A stretch of DNA of 64,000 bases from Nitrospirota bacterium (lineage in GTDB: Bacteria > Nitrospirota > Thermodesulfovibrionia > UBA6902), in the NCBI GenBank assembly GCA_016222905.1, contig JACRPZ010000049.1:532-64531 (forward strand). The letters are read 5' to 3'. The position numbers and the translations under genes were made by a program. The notes beneath the pieces are model-generated. The model saw only the letters and a list, made by a program, of their open reading frames with translations, had not been told where the DNA came from and made no database searches. Shown one piece after another: positions 59,415-64,000 of the stretch (positions are counted from its first letter, which is position 1; every line of letters starts with the position of its first letter).

Positions 59415-60361
59415 CAGGCTATTCCGTACTTCTCATCATTATCGCGGTAAATTCTCACGCCCCCGGCAAATCCATTATCAGCGAGAACCTTCAAGAGCCC
59501 GGACTCCGAGAACATGCGCATTTCCAAGGTAAATCCACCTCCCCCGTGAAACACCAGATTGTTAAAAATCTGCTCCACGCCATCGACCGTGCGGTTGTAC
59601 AGGAAGGTTTTTTCTTTGGTAGTTATAAATTTGAAGTCATGAAGATCCGGATAGTATTCGTCGGTATCCCCGTCCGGTTTATACGGAACTGTTAATAACA
59701 AAAATCCGCCCGATTTCAATAATCTCGCCATGTTCGTGAACGCCTTCCCGAGATCCTTGTATGACACATGCTCCATGACATCGCTGGAGATGACAAAATC
59801 GTATTTTCCAATTTCGTCATCCGGAATATTTGTTATATCAAGCCTCGGCACCTGATGATAGAACGTATTGATATAAGACAACTTATTTTTCAGGCGACTG
59901 GCATATCCTTCCCAATCACTTAGCCCTATCCCTCTAATATTCCTGGAAACCGGGAATGCCGGCAATTGAATACTTTCGCCAAGAAGTTCGACAGACAAAG
60001 CGTTTATAACAGATCGCATCCGCAGACTTGAGTGACAGGTCCCGCATGATGCAGCCTCGCGATTACTTACAATATCCATTGCAACTTCCGTATTAATGCT
60101 GCCGCATATATTGCAACAAAATGAAATACGCTGGTCATGTTTGTCAATCTGGTACGGAGAAGGCTCTATCTCTTCGAGTTCAAAAATATACTTAGGTGCC
60201 TCCTGGATAACTCGAAGCTTGACTCGATGCGTCGTGCCAAGCTGTTTTACGTAGACCCTGGGAAGATAGAGCCTGCCGTTCTCGAATCTGCTTTGCCCCC
60301 GATCACAAAACTGACGGAGGACACGCTTCGCCATATTCAGGATCGTGTTTTCTTTGAACAT
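59411..60361 (-). CDS. Class I SAM-dependent methyltransferase, probably 3'-truncated
   Basis: CNICG/CGTC, LDIT, YDFVISSDVMEHV and LKSGGFLLLTVP; ends exactly at the junction with the wbaP fragment. Confidence 0.8.
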   Translation of the reverse strand: MFKENTILNMAKRVLRQFCDRGQSRFENGRLYLPRVYVKQLGTTHRVKLRVIQEAPKYIFELEEIEPSPYQIDKHDQRISFCCNICGSINTEVAMDIVSNREAASCGTCHSSLRMRSVINALSVELLGESIQLPAFPVSRNIRGIGLSDWEGYASRLKNKLSYINTFYHQVPRLDITNIPDDEIGKYDFVISSDVMEHVSYKDLGKAFTNMARLLKSGGFLLLTVPYKPDGDTDEYYPDLHDFKFITTKEKTFLYNRTVDGVEQIFNNLVFHGGGGFTLEMRMFSESGLLKVLADNGFAGGVRIYRDNDEKYGIAW

Positions 60362-60414
60362 GCCGTCTCCCGAAAGTGACTGTCAAAAGACATCTTTATA
60401 TAGTTTCTATTCAT

Positions 60415-63400
60415 CTATGACACCAACCTTACAATACCACGCCCGCAGTAGTGATCATCAAGAGCAAGCCCTGATATCGTCCCACGCTCCGATATCGACA
60501 TACGCTCGACAAACTCCCCAAACAACATTTCGGGCAGATGCGACGGAAGCTTAAGGTCCGGATAAATGTTACGCTGAATCGCAAAGAAGTCATCTATGAA
60601 AGACGAGACGCCGAGACGGATATTGTTGCGTAAGTCCAAAGACCCCTGTTCCTCGAGGAAAGGCTCTTGGTGTATCGCTTTAAGTTGACCATCGTTGCAC
60701 AGATCGTAGCAGATCACTTGGGGATCGTTGGAACTCAAGAATGTCTCCAGTTCAAAACTCCTTCTCCACAGGGGAGATACGTTGAAATCGCCAACAATAA
60801 GCTGACTTCCGTAATAGCCTTGCGCGAAAACGTCGTGCCTCTGGCAAATTTCCCTTGACTTTGCGGAGGTCAGCATATAATAGCCGTGAATCGGTTTTTT
60901 TAGTAACCTGGATAACATCCCCTGAATGGTCCCGGAATAGCCCACGTCAACTACCGCTGCTGACGTGACATCATTCAGCCCGATGCTATTCAAATACGCT
61001 GTCAGACCAGGACGTTCTGCGCGGCTACCGGCAAAGATTTTCTCCGCGAGTTCTTTGAGCACCGGCATAAGGTGGCTGATATCGCCTCTTACTTCTACAC
61101 TTTTTCCGGTCTGCCATAAGCCTTTCCGGCATAGTTCTTTAACGTCATCATCATCCAAAGTGACCCCATAACGGTATCCGATGAATGCTTTCAGTTCGTT
61201 CGGAAAGTAATCGGAATCTCTGGCAATCCTGCAAATGTCGTCGAAAGACTCGATCATCGCGACAGTTACAGTACGCCGGGATACTACAAGATACTCGGAG
61301 GGGATTGTGTCCTCTACATGCCTCGCTACCCGGTCATAGACCTCTTTCAGCAACTGTCCCTCACGGGCAAGGAAATACAGCTTTTCGATACCATCTGTTT
61401 TTGCCTGCTCCATCAACCATAAACAGAAACTTAGGACAACTGGACCCACCACGGCATAGCCGATATGCTCCGGTCCACCGGGAATTAGAATGTCAGGGTC
61501 GAATCTCTCATAAAAGACCGATTGGAAGAGTCTTGTTACCACTAACCCCAGCACCAGTTGTTCGTCCAGGCTGCCTTCCGTTTGAACCCATTCAAGCACC
61601 CGCTCAAAGCGATACAACCCCCGGGCTATTTCGACCGGTCGCAAAACGTGGCATACCTGAATCCCGAGATCAAGAGGAATCTGAACATCAGAATGTTCGT
61701 TGTCACCGACCATCAGAAGTTCGGACGGAGAGATATTCTCCCGTTCCAATAAGAGGCGGTATAGTTCCCCTGTGTCCTTTCTTACCCCAATGTCCGATGA
61801 AAGAAAGAGTGCCTGGTAGCCCTCGATTCCATTCTCCGTAAGCATCCGCTCAACAACAGCCCGCGGCAGAAACATGTCGCTCACAAGAATGACGCGTTTG
61901 CCGCTGCGTATCGCGTGGTTGAACAGCTCTATTCCATCAGGGCGGGCGGCGACCAGTTTCAGTTCTATGTGCTCCTCCAGGGAGCGGAGATACTCCACCT
62001 CGCTGAGCTGTTTTCCGGTCAATGATGCGAACTCACAGTAGATGTCTTCAAGAGCCACGTCTCGTCCCAGACGCGTGCGCGCCAGTCCTTCGGCATTCGC
62101 CCGCAGACCAGCAAAGCCTGAGCCGCCACTTTCCTGGAGGCGGTGCTCAATGATCGTTTTTGTGGTTTCAGGATGTATCACTGGCCGAATAAGAAGCGTA
62201 TCGAAAATATCGAAAGCAACCACTTTGATGTTACTTGCCTCCAGCGTCACCTTTTTAACATAATCACACGTTCGTTCCATATAGCGGTCGAGCCGCCACT
62301 TGGACCAACTGGGACACAAAGGATCCCGCAAAATGAACGGCTTGTATCCTGCATTCCTGGCGATAAGTACCAAAAGTCGCTCAACGCAGTGTGCCAGCGA
62401 ACCGTCGGTCTGATGAGCTTCCACTGGAAAATCCGTTAGTTTGATACCTACTGAGAAAAGATCCTGAATAGCCTTGCTCCTGGCCCAAAACATCGAACCT
62501 GCCGGGTAGTCAAAATAACCTTCCGGCACGTCTTTGATTCCCATCTGTCGGCATATTTGGTAACCTAATACTCTGTTAGAAAGCCATGTATTCCCCCAAT
62601 AGGGAAGATGCTCGTAATTTTGAGGGTAAACAATTCCAGCATCCGGGTTGATGAGAAAAAGCGTAAAAATGCGCCGTACCTGATCCTCGCTCCCCAGAAG
62701 TTGGCGAAAAAGATATTCCCGCCAGCCAGCCATACTTACTTGTGAATAGAGAGATTTTTTAGTATGTATATGACAGAAATAATCGTATTTTGCCAATTGA
62801 ACGCCAAAATGACATACCATGGGCGCAATATCTCGGCCACGATTTTCGACGATATCCACGATGACCCGGCTAACATGCGGCAGCTTCGAAAATTCCTGAT
62901 AACAGATATCTCTTGCCTCATCAGACGAGACAGATACGAAGAGGTCGAATATGAAAGGAATATTCTTTAGGTAAGACGCTAATTCCTTTGTCAAATCAGG
63001 ATAGTACACATGCGCGTGGACGGCAATCCGGCCAGGGTTTCCGCCAGACACGGGTTGGACATCCACGATGTCCAGCAATTCGGGTGAATAAAGAGAAGAA
63101 CCCAGAGATTTGGAGTGGTAAACGCCAAAATACAATTCAGCTTTAATCCTCCGTATTGTCGCTTTCAGCCCCGATTTCCGGTAAAACCAATACGTTTTTG
63201 CAGTTGCAACCCGAAGCGAAGCAAGGCCAATCACAAATCTGCGTTTATTGAATAAAGAGCCGATGACTCGGCGAAGCCGCCGAAGCGGGGCTGTAAGTTT
63301 CCACGATTTCGACGAAAATACGGCATTCGCCAAAGCTTGATAACGAACCACCTCAGCATCAAGTTCTGCAACTTTGCTCTCCAGTGAATTCTCCCGGGCC

Positions 63401-64000
63401 TCTATCTCGGTAATCCGGGCATCGCGAAGCTGTATCACTTTTTCCTTCTCCAATATAAGTTCGTTGACTTCAGCTATGCTTCTGTCTTTTTCGGCACGTT
63501 CCTCTCTCACCCTGAAGATAATCTCAGGGGACATTTTCGCCAAGTGTTTTTCGTAAATCTTCAAAGTCGCCTGACGAATCACCTCAGGAGGGCTCTGAAA
63601 TGCGATTTGGGAACTGCTCCACTGGTTATAGACTGCCGTAATCTGGTTGACAAAATAGAAATCTGTCCTTTCCGAGGCCATGATAAGCAGGTCCCAGTCT
63701 TCGTAAAGTTCAAAGGATTCGTCAAACCTAAGCCTTTTCAAAATATCAACATCAAAGACAAGCGACATAAGGGGAATATAGTTCACAATAACCAGATCAC
63801 CATAAGAAAAATCGCGCCCGAAGATCCATTTTACCTCTGAGATGGTAGACCGACCATCGCCATCCAACGCCTTATGGGCAAACTCAACAGCACCATAAGC
63901 CACCTTGTGGCCCGTCTCTTTCAGAAAAGAGACGAGTACAAACAGGTGCTCCGGGTAATACTCATCGTCATCATCCAGAAACCCGATATAGTCGCCCTTT
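60415..64000 (-). CDS. Multidomain glycan synthesis protein GT2 - coiled coil - RgpF (rhamnan synthesis F) - HAD-like hydrolase; 5' end outside the window
   Basis: Frame open to the edge (KGDYIGFLDDDDEYYPEH); HAHVYYPDL, NRGRDIAP, HIHTKKS, AGSMFW, HCVER; FDIFDTL, SDMFL, GDNEHSD, FLAREG and VDVGYSGT. Confidence 0.88.
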   Translation of the reverse strand, partial: KGDYIGFLDDDDEYYPEHLFVLVSFLKETGHKVAYGAVEFAHKALDGDGRSTISEVKWIFGRDFSYGDLVIVNYIPLMSLVFDVDILKRLRFDESFELYEDWDLLIMASERTDFYFVNQITAVYNQWSSSQIAFQSPPEVIRQATLKIYEKHLAKMSPEIIFRVREERAEKDRSIAEVNELILEKEKVIQLRDARITEIEARENSLESKVAELDAEVVRYQALANAVFSSKSWKLTAPLRRLRRVIGSLFNKRRFVIGLASLRVATAKTYWFYRKSGLKATIRRIKAELYFGVYHSKSLGSSLYSPELLDIVDVQPVSGGNPGRIAVHAHVYYPDLTKELASYLKNIPFIFDLFVSVSSDEARDICYQEFSKLPHVSRVIVDIVENRGRDIAPMVCHFGVQLAKYDYFCHIHTKKSLYSQVSMAGWREYLFRQLLGSEDQVRRIFTLFLINPDAGIVYPQNYEHLPYWGNTWLSNRVLGYQICRQMGIKDVPEGYFDYPAGSMFWARSKAIQDLFSVGIKLTDFPVEAHQTDGSLAHCVERLLVLIARNAGYKPFILRDPLCPSWSKWRLDRYMERTCDYVKKVTLEASNIKVVAFDIFDTLLIRPVIHPETTKTIIEHRLQESGGSGFAGLRANAEGLARTRLGRDVALEDIYCEFASLTGKQLSEVEYLRSLEEHIELKLVAARPDGIELFNHAIRSGKRVILVSDMFLPRAVVERMLTENGIEGYQALFLSSDIGVRKDTGELYRLLLERENISPSELLMVGDNEHSDVQIPLDLGIQVCHVLRPVEIARGLYRFERVLEWVQTEGSLDEQLVLGLVVTRLFQSVFYERFDPDILIPGGPEHIGYAVVGPVVLSFCLWLMEQAKTDGIEKLYFLAREGQLLKEVYDRVARHVEDTIPSEYLVVSRRTVTVAMIESFDDICRIARDSDYFPNELKAFIGYRYGVTLDDDDVKELCRKGLWQTGKSVEVRGDISHLMPVLKELAEKIFAGSRAERPGLTAYLNSIGLNDVTSAAVVDVGYSGTIQGMLSRLLKKPIHGYYMLTSAKSREICQRHDVFAQGYYGSQLIVGDFNVSPLWRRSFELETFLSSNDPQVICYDLCNDGQLKAIHQEPFLEEQGSLDLRNNIRLGVSSFIDDFFAIQRNIYPDLKLPSHLPEMLFGEFVERMSISERGTISGLALDDHYCGRGIVRLVS

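Overview
Chromosomal window from an anaerobic diderm bacterium. Gene content is compatible with Nitrospirota/Thermodesulfovibrionia, but that is inference only. In order it holds: a pentaheme cytochrome c beside system II cytochrome c biogenesis genes; recN, cysK, tRNA-Asp, tRNA-Val, bamD and sirC; a membrane-bound group 1 [NiFe]-hydrogenase operon with a full hyp maturation set; an integrase-less attC cassette cluster; a toxin-antitoxin islet inserted at the 3' end of recJ; recJ-secF-secD-yajC; a 2029-aa surface protein; a CHASE2 cyclase/FecR/TPR-barrel module; gspD; and a rearranged surface-glycan locus that runs off the right edge. Top finding: the hydrogenase large subunit is one reading frame (12323-14038) in which both cysteines of the N-terminal Ni-binding RxCGxC motif are in-frame TGA codons (RI-U-GV-U-TTVH), followed by a SECIS-like hairpin, while the C-terminal motif stays DPCMAC. 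This suggests a di-selenocysteine hydrogenase unlike canonical [NiFeSe] enzymes. Second: two internal DUF1566 domains of the giant surface protein carry a diversity-generating retroelement (DGR) variable-repeat signature, with no template repeat or reverse transcriptase in the window. Also notable: a HicA-HicB-SecB toxin-antitoxin-chaperone triad and a free-standing archaeal-type ThrRS editing domain among the hyp genes. All family assignments come from motif recognition by eye, not database searches.
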